From positions 2,861-66,860 of the forward strand of contig JAOGAX010000003.1 in the NCBI GenBank assembly GCA_028144365.1: a DNA stretch of 64,000 nucleotides, in the 5' to 3' direction. Source of the stretch: Aquiluna sp. Lineage in GTDB: Bacteria; Actinomycetota; Actinomycetes; Actinomycetales; Microbacteriaceae. Of this stretch, positions 19,593 to 29,325 are shown piece after piece. The position numbers and the translations under genes are program-made. Each line of letters opens with the position of its first letter. The stretch's first letter is position 1. The notes under the pieces were generated by a model, which saw only the letters and a list, made by a program, of their open reading frames with translations, was not told the origin of the DNA and did not search any database.

Positions 19593-19620
19593 AAATGCGA
19601 AGGCGTACATTATGTTCACG
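19593..19620. other. dif-like XerCD recombination site (candidate)
   Basis: AAATGCGAAGG-CGTACA-TTATGTTCACG has an 11-6-11 layout. The right arm shares TTATGTT with canonical XerD arms; the left arm is degenerate. Intergenic, at the island edge. Confidence 0.45.
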
Positions 19621-19692
19621 TCTCAGACAAATGTAAAAGACTCTTTGGTTTTTCAATAGGCTTTAGAAATTAAAGAAAGGGGCGATGCGTCC

Positions 19693-22600
19693 TTGCATCT
19701 AAAGAGCATTACCCTGAAAGGCTTTAAGTCCTTTGCTCGAGCCGCACACCTGCCTCTCGAGCCTGGAATCACATGCGTAGTTGGGCCAAATGGTTCCGGC
19801 AAGTCAAACATAATTGATGCCCTTGCCTGGGTGATGGGTGAGCAGGGCCCAAAGACCCTGCGGAGCGGCAAGATGGAAGATGTCATCTTTGCGGGCACTA
19901 ACAGCATAGGTCCGCTTGGAAGAGCTGAAGCCCACCTAACCTTTGACAACACCGACGGAGTTTTGCCAATCGAATTCGCCGAGGTAACAATTTCTAGAGT
20001 GCTGTTTCGCAATGGCAGCAGCGAATACTCAATCAATGGTGAGGGCTGCAGGTTGCTAGACCTTCAAGAAATGCTTAACGGCACTGGCCTTGGCCGTGAG
20101 ATGCATGTGATTGTTGGCCAAGGCCAACTCGATAGCCTCTTGAAGGCAACCCCTCTTGAGCGCAGAGCCCTGATCGAAGAAGCGTCAGGAGTACTCAAAT
20201 ACCGCAGAAGGCGAGAAAAGACTGAGCGCAAACTTGAGGCAATGCATGCCAACCTCATCAGGCTCCAAGATCTGATTGCAGAGGTGAAGCGGAATCTCAG
20301 GCCTCTTGGCAGGCAAGCAGAAACGGCCCAGCAGGCCAAGGAGATCGCAGCAGGCATTCGCGATGCTAAAACCCAGCTATTGTCTCTGCAGCTAACCTCC
20401 CTCAAAGAGAAGCTAGAGCTTGCCTCTGAGGAAGAATCAAGGCGTAAGTCGGAAGCATCCATGATTCAGAGCCAGCTGGACACTTCAAGGCAGGCAGTGG
20501 CTGCACTTGAGTCTGAGCTAAACCAGGCTTTACCAGATGCTGCTAGATCAAGACTGTTCACCCTCGAGTCTCTAGAAACCTCCATTAGAAGTTCGAGGAG
20601 TGTTGCGACTCAGAAGATCAACTTGGCAATGGACAGCTCAGTGAATTTCCAGATGGAGCAGCTGGATTCCCTCCAGCGTGGCTTGAAAGACATTCAAAAC
20701 GGCAAAGAAAAGCTCATTGGCCTTGTTCAGGCAGCGAATGAATCGCTGGCTGAAGCTTCAAAAACCAAAGCCGCAGCAGTTTCGCAACTCGACGAATTTG
20801 ACTCCGAGGTTGAAGCTCTTCGCTTGCAAGCAGAGGCCTACAAATCAGTTTTGGCAAAAAGAGAAAGCCACAAGGAAGCTCTTGAGCAGGCTGTCAAGGT
20901 TTCCAAAGACACACTCTCGTCGCAAAGAGGCCAATTGGAGAATATCTCTGTCGAACTCAAGAAACTTCAGGCGATGCGCACGGCAAGCGATACCAATGCT
21001 TCGAGTGCTAGCGCTGAGCTAAGGGCAAGGTATGAAGAGTCTCGCAAGAAGGAGATTGGGGCCAGGGCATCAATTGACAAAGCGCGCGAGGAGCTTCACA
21101 AGCTTGAAAAGAAGCGAGACTACTTGGCAGCCAGGCATGCGGCTTTGGGGCAGGTGCTAGAGAACCCAGATGGGTCTGGAAACATACTCCGAGCAAAACT
21201 TCCCGGAATTGAGAGACTGCTTGCTGATGCAATCAAGGTCAAACCCGGTTACGAAAAAGCCGTCGCTGCAGCCTTGGGTTCACTTGCAAACTCTGTTCTG
21301 GTAGTAAACCAACAAGCCGCCATCGCCGCACTAAATCACCTAAGGCAAAACGATTTAGGTCGCGCGGAGTTTATTGTTTCGGGGCGGCTATCGAAGGCCG
21401 AAGTCAACAATTCTCAAGCGACAGCTTTGCTATCAGTGGTTGAGGTCCCAGGAGAACTTCAGGGGCGGCTAGAGAGCTTTGTGGTCGCGAAAGACCTATC
21501 TGAAGCAGAACAATTCCTCAAAAAAGACAAAACGGCCACAGTTGTGACTTTGGACGGCGATTATCTGTCAGCACATCTGGTCAAGGGTGGGGGAGCATCC
21601 GAGCCTTCAAAGGTTGAGCTGATCTCAGAGAGAGCACGAATCTCTGAGGAGTTGTTCACAATTGGTAAGCAAATTGAGACAGCAGGCTTCTCTCTGGATT
21701 CTCTAAAAAGCGCTCACGAGGCGCTGAGCGAAGAAGTAACTGCAAACCTAAATGAACTTCAACAGCAGGACGCTGAATCGGCTACCAAGGCAGAGGCTTA
21801 CGGCAGGCTCATCGCTCAAATAGAGGGTGCTCAAGCTGAAAAGACCCGACTGGAAGTATCTATCGCTCAGCTCACGCAAAAACTAAGAATTGATAGCGAG
21901 GAGCTTTCCGCTGTCGCTAATGAACTCGACGACAAAGAACAGCCAGCTCTTCCGATAGACCCAGAAGCAGGAACCGAACTAGCCGAAAAAGTGGAGGTCG
22001 CTAGAGAGTCCGAAACTCAGGCGCAGATCGAACTGGGAGCAATGCGTGAGCGACTTGCAGCCGCTGAGCGCGATGAGGCTGCTCTTGATCAAAGGCTCCA
22101 ATTGGCCAAGCGGGAAAAGGCCGACTGGGAGCAAAAACAGTTGCTGCAGGGAGCTGAGACCGAAAAAGCGAGAAGAGTATTGGCAACCTGCGAGCCACTC
22201 ATGCCGCTCATGGAAAGGCTCGTCTCGGCAGCTAGGAAAGAGCTTAGGGAGCTTGAGTCCTCACGTCAGCAGAAGGCAACGCGGGTGACCGAACTCAGGG
22301 CTCAAATTACGGCCATGGAGTCTCGCTCACTCGAGCTCAGTCGAAGGGTCCAAGAGGCCGAGATGAAGACCTATGAGCTGAAGCTCCAACAGCAGAGCAT
22401 CAACGAAAAGATTTTTGACGAGCTTTCTCTCACCCCCGAAGAGCTGCTTGAAGACGCAAGAGATGCTAAGGACAGCGAGGCGAGGTCTGAAGAGGAGCTG
22501 AGAAAGGCAATTAGGACCGCTGAGTCAAGACTTTCACAATTAGGAGCTTTCAACCCACTCGCCCTCGAAGAATTTTCCGCGCTGGAGGAGCGCCACAAGT

Positions 22601-23142
22601 ACCTCACAGAGCAGCTAGCTGATCTCAACAGCGCAAGAGCCGATCTCAAAGGCATCATCAAAGACCTTGACGAGAAAATGAACACCACTTTCCTTTCAGC
22701 CTTTGAGGACACCAAAAAGGCTTTTGAGGAGATTTTCCCTGTCCTGTTCCCTGGTGGCACCGGCTCGATTTCCCTCACCGAACCCGAAGAGGGTCAAGAG
22801 GCAGGAGTTGAAGTCTCGGTCAGACCTGCTGGCAAGCGCATCGAGCGCATGAGTCTTCTGTCAGGTGGGGAGAGGTCTCTCGCTGCAATCGCACTTCTTA
22901 TTGCAATTTTCAAAGCGAGGCCAAGCCCGTTCTATGTACTCGACGAGGTTGAGGCGGCGTTGGATGATGCCAACCTGGGAAGGCTTCTGGAGGTCCTTGA
23001 GACCCTTAGAGAGACCTCTCAGCTAATTATTGTGACCCACCAAAAGCGCACGATGGAAATCGCAGATGCTCTCTATGGTGTGAGTATGGGTAAAGACGGC
23101 ATCACGAGGGTGGTCGGACAAAAACTCGACAAGGCCAGCTAA
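19693..23142 (+). CDS. smc: Chromosome segregation protein SMC
   Basis: GPNGSGKSN Walker A, coiled coils with hinge, LSGGE and LDEVEAALD. Confidence 0.97.
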   Translation: MHLKSITLKGFKSFARAAHLPLEPGITCVVGPNGSGKSNIIDALAWVMGEQGPKTLRSGKMEDVIFAGTNSIGPLGRAEAHLTFDNTDGVLPIEFAEVTISRVLFRNGSSEYSINGEGCRLLDLQEMLNGTGLGREMHVIVGQGQLDSLLKATPLERRALIEEASGVLKYRRRREKTERKLEAMHANLIRLQDLIAEVKRNLRPLGRQAETAQQAKEIAAGIRDAKTQLLSLQLTSLKEKLELASEEESRRKSEASMIQSQLDTSRQAVAALESELNQALPDAARSRLFTLESLETSIRSSRSVATQKINLAMDSSVNFQMEQLDSLQRGLKDIQNGKEKLIGLVQAANESLAEASKTKAAAVSQLDEFDSEVEALRLQAEAYKSVLAKRESHKEALEQAVKVSKDTLSSQRGQLENISVELKKLQAMRTASDTNASSASAELRARYEESRKKEIGARASIDKAREELHKLEKKRDYLAARHAALGQVLENPDGSGNILRAKLPGIERLLADAIKVKPGYEKAVAAALGSLANSVLVVNQQAAIAALNHLRQNDLGRAEFIVSGRLSKAEVNNSQATALLSVVEVPGELQGRLESFVVAKDLSEAEQFLKKDKTATVVTLDGDYLSAHLVKGGGASEPSKVELISERARISEELFTIGKQIETAGFSLDSLKSAHEALSEEVTANLNELQQQDAESATKAEAYGRLIAQIEGAQAEKTRLEVSIAQLTQKLRIDSEELSAVANELDDKEQPALPIDPEAGTELAEKVEVARESETQAQIELGAMRERLAAAERDEAALDQRLQLAKREKADWEQKQLLQGAETEKARRVLATCEPLMPLMERLVSAARKELRELESSRQQKATRVTELRAQITAMESRSLELSRRVQEAEMKTYELKLQQQSINEKIFDELSLTPEELLEDARDAKDSEARSEEELRKAIRTAESRLSQLGAFNPLALEEFSALEERHKYLTEQLADLNSARADLKGIIKDLDEKMNTTFLSAFEDTKKAFEEIFPVLFPGGTGSISLTEPEEGQEAGVEVSVRPAGKRIERMSLLSGGERSLAAIALLIAIFKARPSPFYVLDEVEAALDDANLGRLLEVLETLRETSQLIIVTHQKRTMEIADALYGVSMGKDGITRVVGQKLDKAS

Positions 23143-24306
23143 GTGTTTAAGTTCCTAAAGCGCCTAAGGGGTAAAAAAGAAGAACCCCAGCTGCAGCCAG
23201 AGGCAGTAGCAACGGAGGTAGTCCCCGAGCCTGTGGTGGAGGCGCCAGTTTCGCCTCCAGAGCCTGCCACCGAGGTCCCGGCCAGCGTCACGGCCACAGA
23301 CCCAGAGCCAGAAAAAGGTATCGACCCAGAGCCAGTATTCAAAACTCCAATTGAGGCTGTTGTCGAGCCTGCGGGGGAGCCTGAGCCACCAAAAGAGGCA
23401 GAACCTAAGGCAGAGGTTGTAGAGGTAGAGCTTCCAAAGAGGTCACTCAGTGATGGCATTAGGTCGCTCTTTTCTTCAAATGTCGACATCGAAGATCTCG
23501 AAGACATCCTGCTGCTTGCAGACTTTGGAGTCGAGGCATCGGTCGAGATCACCGAGAGCCTGCGCAAAGCGGCGAGTAAGGCTGGTGCCACCTCCGATGC
23601 CGAACTTAGGTTGCTCCTAAAAGAGCTGTTGGTTGAAAAGCTTCATCGAGATGATCTCCAACTCAACCTCTCGGACGGAAAGCTGCCGTATGTCTTCTTG
23701 GTGGTTGGAGTCAATGGCGCCGGCAAGACAACAACAATAGGAAAGCTCGCTAAATGGCTAAGGGATGGTGAGTGGGAGGTGGTTCTTGGAGCTGCCGACA
23801 CTTTTAGGGCTGCAGCTGTGGATCAATTGGCAACCTGGGCCGAACGCTCAGGGGCTGGAATTGTCAGACCAGAGCGCGATGGGCAGGACCCGGCCTCTGT
23901 TGCCTACCAAACCGTTGAGCTCGCTATCAGCAACGATGCTGACATTGCCATTGTTGACACCGCCGGCAGACTTCAGAATAAGAAAGACCTGATGGACGAG
24001 CTTGGCAAAATTCGCAGAGCGGTCGAAAAGCAGGCGCAAATCAATGAAGTCCTCTTGGTGATAGATGCCACCACAGGTCAGAACGCCATAAATCAGGCAA
24101 AGGCCTTCACCGAGGTTGCGGAAGTGACAGGAATCGTCATGACAAAGCTCGATGGCACGGCTAAAGGCGGCATTGTTTACACAATCCAGCAGCAGCTGAA
24201 CTTGCCCGTGAAGCTAGTTGGAGTTGGCGAAGGGGTAAACGACTTTGCATTTTTCTCCGCCGAGGAGTTTGCAAACGGGCTTGTGGCAAGAAAAGCGGGA
24301 AACTAG
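23143..24306 (+). CDS. ftsY: SRP receptor FtsY
   Basis: GVNGAGKTT, DTFRAAA, DTAGR and TKLDGTAKGG; acidic Pro/Glu-rich N-terminus. Confidence 0.97.
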   Translation: MFKFLKRLRGKKEEPQLQPEAVATEVVPEPVVEAPVSPPEPATEVPASVTATDPEPEKGIDPEPVFKTPIEAVVEPAGEPEPPKEAEPKAEVVEVELPKRSLSDGIRSLFSSNVDIEDLEDILLLADFGVEASVEITESLRKAASKAGATSDAELRLLLKELLVEKLHRDDLQLNLSDGKLPYVFLVVGVNGAGKTTTIGKLAKWLRDGEWEVVLGAADTFRAAAVDQLATWAERSGAGIVRPERDGQDPASVAYQTVELAISNDADIAIVDTAGRLQNKKDLMDELGKIRRAVEKQAQINEVLLVIDATTGQNAINQAKAFTEVAEVTGIVMTKLDGTAKGGIVYTIQQQLNLPVKLVGVGEGVNDFAFFSAEEFANGLVARKAGN

Positions 24307-24371
24307 CCGGCTTTGGAAGTAATTCGAGTTTCTGCTGATTTAGACTTACAGAGTTTTCAAGGAGTAAATAG

Positions 24372-24698
24372 TTGACCTACGTAATCGCACTACCGTGTGT
24401 GGACCTCAAGGACAAAGCCTGCATTGACGAATGTCCCGTGGACTGCATCTACGAGGGCGATCGCATGCTCTACATCCACCCAGATGAGTGCGTTGACTGC
24501 GGTGCCTGCGAGCCGGTTTGCCCCGTAGAGGCCATCTATTACGAGGACGACCTACCCGGTGAGTGGAGCGACTACTACTCGGTAAACGTCGATTTCTTCA
24601 ACGAGATCGGCTCTCCGGGAGGTGCTGCCAAGACAGGCCCAATTCCAGGTGACCACCCTCTTGTGGCAGCACTACCCCCAAACCAGCAAGACCAGTAA
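24372..24698 (+). CDS. fdxA: 7Fe ferredoxin
   Basis: CVDLKDKACIDECPVDC and CVDCGACEPVCP. Confidence 0.95.
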   Translation: MTYVIALPCVDLKDKACIDECPVDCIYEGDRMLYIHPDECVDCGACEPVCPVEAIYYEDDLPGEWSDYYSVNVDFFNEIGSPGGAAKTGPIPGDHPLVAALPPNQQDQ

Positions 24699-24830
24699 AC
24701 CTAAGGTTTTTCTTGGAAAGCAGAAACTTTTCAAGTAAGCTTTCGTGGGTTTGGAAGAAGGTTTAGAACCTTCAAACAACAAAGACTTTTCCCGCTTTCC
24801 ATATAGAGCGGGCCTATTGAGGAGCTACAG

Positions 24831-25034
24831 ATGCCAGTACCAAAAAGGCGCAAGTCACGTGCTAACACTCACGCACGCCGTTCGCAGTGGAAGGCCGAGC
24901 CAGTGACCCTGGTCAAGACCGTTGAGAATGGACAGACCGTCTACAGCCTCCCTCACCGGGCCAAGGTAGTTACCGACTCAGTCGGCACCGAGCTCTACAT
25001 GGAATACAAGGGTCGCAAAGTAGCCGACAGCTAA
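24831..25034 (+). CDS. rpmF: 50S ribosomal protein L32 (cysteine-free type)
   Basis: [22 protein letters not shown]; GAGGAG SD; upstream of rnc. Confidence 0.95.
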   Translation: MPVPKRRKSRANTHARRSQWKAEPVTLVKTVENGQTVYSLPHRAKVVTDSVGTELYMEYKGRKVADS

Positions 25035-25037
25035 CTA

Positions 25038-25709
25038 ATGTCTAACGAGCTGCTGGGGCGGCTCGGGGCTGAGATTTCACCCGAGCTTCTCAAGCTCGCC
25101 CTCACACACTCCTCCTTCGCCTACGAAAACGGCGGCTCTGACAACGAACGCCTAGAATTCCTTGGTGACTCAGTGCTCGGTTATCTGGTCGCCTCCCACA
25201 TCTTCACCGCTCACCAGGAGCTCTCCGAAGGTGAACTAACAAAGCTAAAAAACGGTGTTGTCTCCGCCCAGGCTCTTGCAGTTGCAGCAAACCGCATTGA
25301 TCTTGGCAAGTACCTATTTCTAGGTAAAGGTGAGGAGCAAACAGAGGGCAGGCGCAAGGAAAACATTCTCGCCGACGCCTTTGAGGCCCTCATTGGCGCT
25401 GCCTACATACACTCAGGACTTGAAAACGCAGGCAAGATAATTACCGCTCACATCCTGCCGCTACTTGACGACTCCGACGCCCTCAGAGAGTTTGCCGACC
25501 CCAAGACATCACTTGCTGTGAAGCTCAAGAAGCTAAATCGCGAAGAGCCCACCTACGAAATGTCAGAATCTGGACCGGAACACGAGCGCATCTATTTCGC
25601 GACCTGTTTTTCGGGCAAGCTGAGCCTGGGGTCAGGTTCGGGACGGACCAAGCGCAAAGCTGAAACCGACGCAGCTCTTAGTGCACTAAGAACCCTCTCG
25701 GAGCTCTAG
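25038..25709 (+). CDS. rnc: Ribonuclease III
   Basis: NERLEFLGDSVL, ADAFEALIGA and a C-terminal dsRBD. Confidence 0.97.
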   Translation: MSNELLGRLGAEISPELLKLALTHSSFAYENGGSDNERLEFLGDSVLGYLVASHIFTAHQELSEGELTKLKNGVVSAQALAVAANRIDLGKYLFLGKGEEQTEGRRKENILADAFEALIGAAYIHSGLENAGKIITAHILPLLDDSDALREFADPKTSLAVKLKKLNREEPTYEMSESGPEHERIYFATCFSGKLSLGSGSGRTKRKAETDAALSALRTLSEL

Positions 25710-26605
25710 TGCCTGAACTACCCGAAGTCGAGACTGTTCGTGCCGGTCTCGCCACTCACGTAATAGGCGCTCAGGTAAAAGAAATCCAGGTCCATGACAG
25801 CCGCAGCCTGAAGCGCAACTTCTCTGGCCCGGATGGCTTCGTCAGCGAGCTAACAGGCGAGCGCCTCCAAGGAGTAATAAGGCGCGGCAAGTTCCTTTGG
25901 TTGCCGCTATCTGCAACCCGCGCAGTTGTCTGCCATCTCGGCATGAGTGGACAGGTCTTGGTTAGGTCCAAGGACTTTGGTGAGGACAAGCTCACCAGAA
26001 TCACCCTGCGGTTAGAGAAACCAACCGGTGAAAAAATAGAGATGCGCTTTGTAGACCAAAGGCTTTTTGGCGGCATGCAAATTGATGACCTCGTAGACAC
26101 CGGAGATAACTCTCCCGCAGGCTACTTTCCAGAGGGAGAGGGAAGCTCGTTGATACCAACCTCCGTCTCTCTTATTGCAAGAGACCTATTGGACCCAAAC
26201 TTTGATGCCGGGCTAGTGGTTTCCAAAATGCGCAAGCGAAACTCTGGGATCAAGAGGGTGCTGCTCGACCAGAACCTTCTTAGCGGCATAGGGAATATCT
26301 ATGCTGACGAGAGCCTTTGGCGATCAAGGCTTCACTACGACAAGCCCGCCAGCGCGATTTCCGCCAGAAAGCTCAATAAGCTTGTGGGCGTCTCTCAAGA
26401 AGTCCTTCGAGAGGCGGTTGAGCGAGGCGGAACAAGCTTTGACGAGCAGTACAAGAACGTAAATGGTGAATCTGGTTACTTTTCCCAAGACCTCAATGCC
26501 TACAGCCGCGCAGGGCTGCCGTGTCAGAGATGTGGCAGCGCCATCAAACGACAGGCCTGGGCAAACAGGTCATCGTATTTCTGCCCAAGATGCCAGCGGC
26601 GCTAA
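25709..26605 (+). CDS. mutM: Formamidopyrimidine-DNA glycosylase
   Basis: PELPEVE, HLGMSG, GIGNIYADE and a C-terminal Zn finger. Confidence 0.97.
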   Translation: MPELPEVETVRAGLATHVIGAQVKEIQVHDSRSLKRNFSGPDGFVSELTGERLQGVIRRGKFLWLPLSATRAVVCHLGMSGQVLVRSKDFGEDKLTRITLRLEKPTGEKIEMRFVDQRLFGGMQIDDLVDTGDNSPAGYFPEGEGSSLIPTSVSLIARDLLDPNFDAGLVVSKMRKRNSGIKRVLLDQNLLSGIGNIYADESLWRSRLHYDKPASAISARKLNKLVGVSQEVLREAVERGGTSFDEQYKNVNGESGYFSQDLNAYSRAGLPCQRCGSAIKRQAWANRSSYFCPRCQRR

Positions 26606-26608
26606 AAC

Positions 26609-26947
26609 CTAAGAACGCAACCTTGGAAACATAGCCACGAGTAAAACAATTGCTATCGACCCGTAAGACCAAATGTAGCCAATTGTGGTGGCTGGGATGA
26701 GCTTGTCTTGACCAAAGTCTTGGGCAAAGAAAAAGATCAGTGCTGAAACGGTGAGAGCAAAAGCCCAAGACTCTGATTTGTGAGGCCTGAGAGAAACCGC
26801 ATAGACAATCAGCGAAAACAGCACCATCCCCAGACCAAATGGCAGACCCGAGAGGATGCTCTGGTGAAAGATGGTGCCGAGAACTGCAAACACGGCTCCT
26901 GCGAAAATACCTCGCAGCACCAACCCCAGTCTGCCTACTTTGCTCAC
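26609..26947 (-). CDS. Small 4-TM membrane protein (DUF6113-like, tentative)
   Basis: Four hydrophobic segments; TAGTCT -10 lies 6 nt before the GTG. Confidence 0.7.
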   Translation of the reverse strand: MSKVGRLGLVLRGIFAGAVFAVLGTIFHQSILSGLPFGLGMVLFSLIVYAVSLRPHKSESWAFALTVSALIFFFAQDFGQDKLIPATTIGYIWSYGSIAIVLLVAMFPRLRS

Positions 26948-27009
26948 CAGTCAAGACTATTGGTAAGCCCCTAGATTAGGCTTTTGGCGGTAAGCGAAGG
27001 AGAAATGGA

Positions 27010-28500
27010 TTGTTCGACAATCTTTCGGATCGCCTAAGCGGGACGTTCAAGAGCCTCAAGGGCAAAGGCAAGCTCTCCGCTGCCGATATCGACGAGACCC
27101 TCAGGGACATTCGGCGTGCCCTGTTGGAGGCCGATGTCGCCCTCGAGGTGGTCAAGGACTTCATCGCAAGGATTCGAGAGCGCGCAATGGGGGACGAGGT
27201 CTCCAAGGCACTAAACCCTTCCCAGCAGGTGGTTCAGATTGTCCAAGACGAACTAATTGGCATTCTCGGGGGAGAGGCGAGGAAGCTAACATTCTCCAAA
27301 AACCCACCGACGGTTTTGATGCTCGCAGGTCTTCAGGGTTCGGGTAAGACAACGCTCGCTGGAAAGCTCGCTAGGTGGCTAAAAGAGCAAAACCAGACGC
27401 CACTGTTGGTCGCCTGCGACCTTCAACGACCAAATGCCGTAAATCAGCTTCAGGTGCTCGGGGAGAAGGTTGGGGTTCCGGTCTTTGCCCCCGAGGCAGG
27501 TAACGGCTCAGGTGACCCCGTGGCTGTGGCCAAAAAGGGTGTCGAAAAGGCTAAAAAAGAGCAGCACTCGGTAGTGATCATCGACACCGCCGGTAGGACC
27601 GGTATCGATGAGGAGATGATGAAGCAGGCGAGAGATATTCGCGATGCTACCTCTCCCGATGAAATGCTCTTTGTGATCGACTCAATGCTCGGTCAGGATG
27701 CTGTCAACGTTGCAAATGCCTTCAAGGATGGCGTTGGGGTAACAGGAGTGGTTCTCACCAAGCTCGATGGTGATGCGCGCGGCGGTGCGGCTCTCTCGGT
27801 TGCGACCATCACCGGCGCACCAATTCTCTTTAGCTCAACCGGCGAGGGGCTAGAGGCGTTCGAGCCCTTCTACCCAGACCGCATGGCTAGCCGCATTCTG
27901 GACATGGGAGACATTCTCACTCTCATCGAGCAGGCTCAGCGTGCCTTTGATGAAGAGGAGAGCGAGAAGCTCGCTCAGAAGATTGCCCAGGACCAGTTCA
28001 CGCTGCAGGACTTTTTGGACCAGATGCAGCAGCTAAAGAAGCTCGGCAGCATGAAGGGCATCATGGCCATGCTCCCTGGGGCCGGCCAGATGAAACAGAA
28101 TCTCGAGGACTTCGACGAGAAGATGATTGACCGCACCGAAGCAATCATTCGTTCGATGACTCCGAAGGAACGCGAGCAACCCAAACTTCTCAACGGCTCT
28201 CGGCGCATGAGGATTGCAAAGGGTTCGGGAACCACCGTTACAGATGTGAACCAGCTAATGCAGCGCTTTGAGCAGGCCGCAAAGATGATGAAGACTATGG
28301 CAAAGGGTGGAGCGCCCACTCTTCCCGGCACTAACCCAGTGATGATGGGTGGCGCAAAGGGCGGCGGCTACATCGGCGGCAAGAAGAAGGACAAGAGGAA
28401 AAAGGGCTCTAAGAGCGGCAACCCAGCCAAGCGTGCTGCCGAGAATGCCGGACTCACCTTTGGCACTGACGACTCGAAAGGCAGTTCTTTCGGGCTTTGA
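27010..28500 (+). CDS. ffh: Signal recognition particle protein
   Basis: GLQGSGKTT, DTAGR, TKLDGDARGG and the M domain (RIAKGSG). Confidence 0.97.
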   Translation: MFDNLSDRLSGTFKSLKGKGKLSAADIDETLRDIRRALLEADVALEVVKDFIARIRERAMGDEVSKALNPSQQVVQIVQDELIGILGGEARKLTFSKNPPTVLMLAGLQGSGKTTLAGKLARWLKEQNQTPLLVACDLQRPNAVNQLQVLGEKVGVPVFAPEAGNGSGDPVAVAKKGVEKAKKEQHSVVIIDTAGRTGIDEEMMKQARDIRDATSPDEMLFVIDSMLGQDAVNVANAFKDGVGVTGVVLTKLDGDARGGAALSVATITGAPILFSSTGEGLEAFEPFYPDRMASRILDMGDILTLIEQAQRAFDEEESEKLAQKIAQDQFTLQDFLDQMQQLKKLGSMKGIMAMLPGAGQMKQNLEDFDEKMIDRTEAIIRSMTPKEREQPKLLNGSRRMRIAKGSGTTVTDVNQLMQRFEQAAKMMKTMAKGGAPTLPGTNPVMMGGAKGGGYIGGKKKDKRKKGSKSGNPAKRAAENAGLTFGTDDSKGSSFGL

Positions 28501-28523
28501 AACTAGCCAAATGGCGAATTTTC

Positions 28524-28648
28524 TGGCAGACTCTTCCCTTGTTCGAGCGTCTCGACCCTCTATCAAGACGTACGAGAAACCCTGAGAAGCCTCCGAGTGT
28601 GCCCCCACGCTCACGGTGGAGCCTCGCCCCTAAACTCACAGGAGAATT
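28524..28648 (+). promoter_or_regulatory. rpsP promoter (TGnCAGACT) and structured 5' leader
   Basis: TGGCAGACT at 28524-28532. Hairpins CGTCT/AGACG and GAGTGTG/CACGCTC with C-rich loops; AGGAG SD. Confidence 0.55.
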
Positions 28649-29323
28649 GTGGCTGTAAAGATCCGCCTAAAGCGCATTGGTAAGAAGCGCAACCCCCACT
28701 ACCGCATCGTGGTAGCAGATTCAAAAACACACCGTGACGGAAGAGTCATCGAGGAGATTGGTCGCTACGTGCCAACCACCGACCCTTCAATCATTGAGGT
28801 CAACTCTGAGCGCGCTCAGTACTGGCTGTCCGTTGGCGCTCAGCCAACCGAGCCAGCTGCAGTAATTCTCAAGCTGACCGGTGATGTTGCCAACGAAAAG
28901 GGTGAGAAGAAGAACACTGTCAAGCCCCAGGCAACAAAAGAGACTTTCGCAGCGGACAGCAAGAAGAAGTCCGTAATCCTTCCAAAGGAAGAGAAGAAGC
29001 CAGAGCCTGTAAAGGAAGAGACTCCAGTCGCAGAAGCTCCAGCTGAAGCTCCAGTGGCCGAAGAGGCTGCGGTGGCTGAGGAAACTCCAGCGGAGGCCCC
29101 AGCAGAGCCAGCAGCCGAGGCTACCGAAGCCCCGGCCGCAGAAGCACCTGCAGAAGCGCCTGTGGAAGAGACTCCAGCAGAGCAAGCAGCAGAAGCGCCG
29201 GCAGAGGAGGCCCCTGCGGCTGAGGCTGCAGAGGAAGCTCCTGCCGAGGCACCTGCAAGCGAGGAAGCTCCAGCTGAAGAGGCACCTGCCGCAGAAGCAG
29301 CTGAAGAGCCAAAGAGCGAGTAA
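28649..29323 (+). CDS. rpsP: 30S ribosomal protein S16 with long acidic Ala/Glu/Pro tail
   Basis: [11 protein letters not shown]...YRIVVADS...[10 protein letters not shown]. Confidence 0.97.
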   Translation: MAVKIRLKRIGKKRNPHYRIVVADSKTHRDGRVIEEIGRYVPTTDPSIIEVNSERAQYWLSVGAQPTEPAAVILKLTGDVANEKGEKKNTVKPQATKETFAADSKKKSVILPKEEKKPEPVKEETPVAEAPAEAPVAEEAAVAEETPAEAPAEPAAEATEAPAAEAPAEAPVEETPAEQAAEAPAEEAPAAEAAEEAPAEAPASEEAPAEEAPAAEAAEEPKSE

Positions 29324-29325
29324 TT

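Larger units (their letters stand above)
1..19620. other. Surface-polysaccharide/glycan biosynthesis genomic island (left end outside window)
   Basis: 19 consecutive nucleotide-sugar and glycosyltransferase-type genes, visibly AT-richer than the downstream core. Ends in the intergenic region before smc. No integrase or IS seen. Confidence 0.85.

Noticed and set aside
19482-19673. 63-aa ORF and a weak TGGGAC/GTCCCA stem in the island-smc gap
   Set aside because: The ORF has no recognisable motif and covers the dif-like site and smc promoter region. The stem is too short to call an ncRNA.
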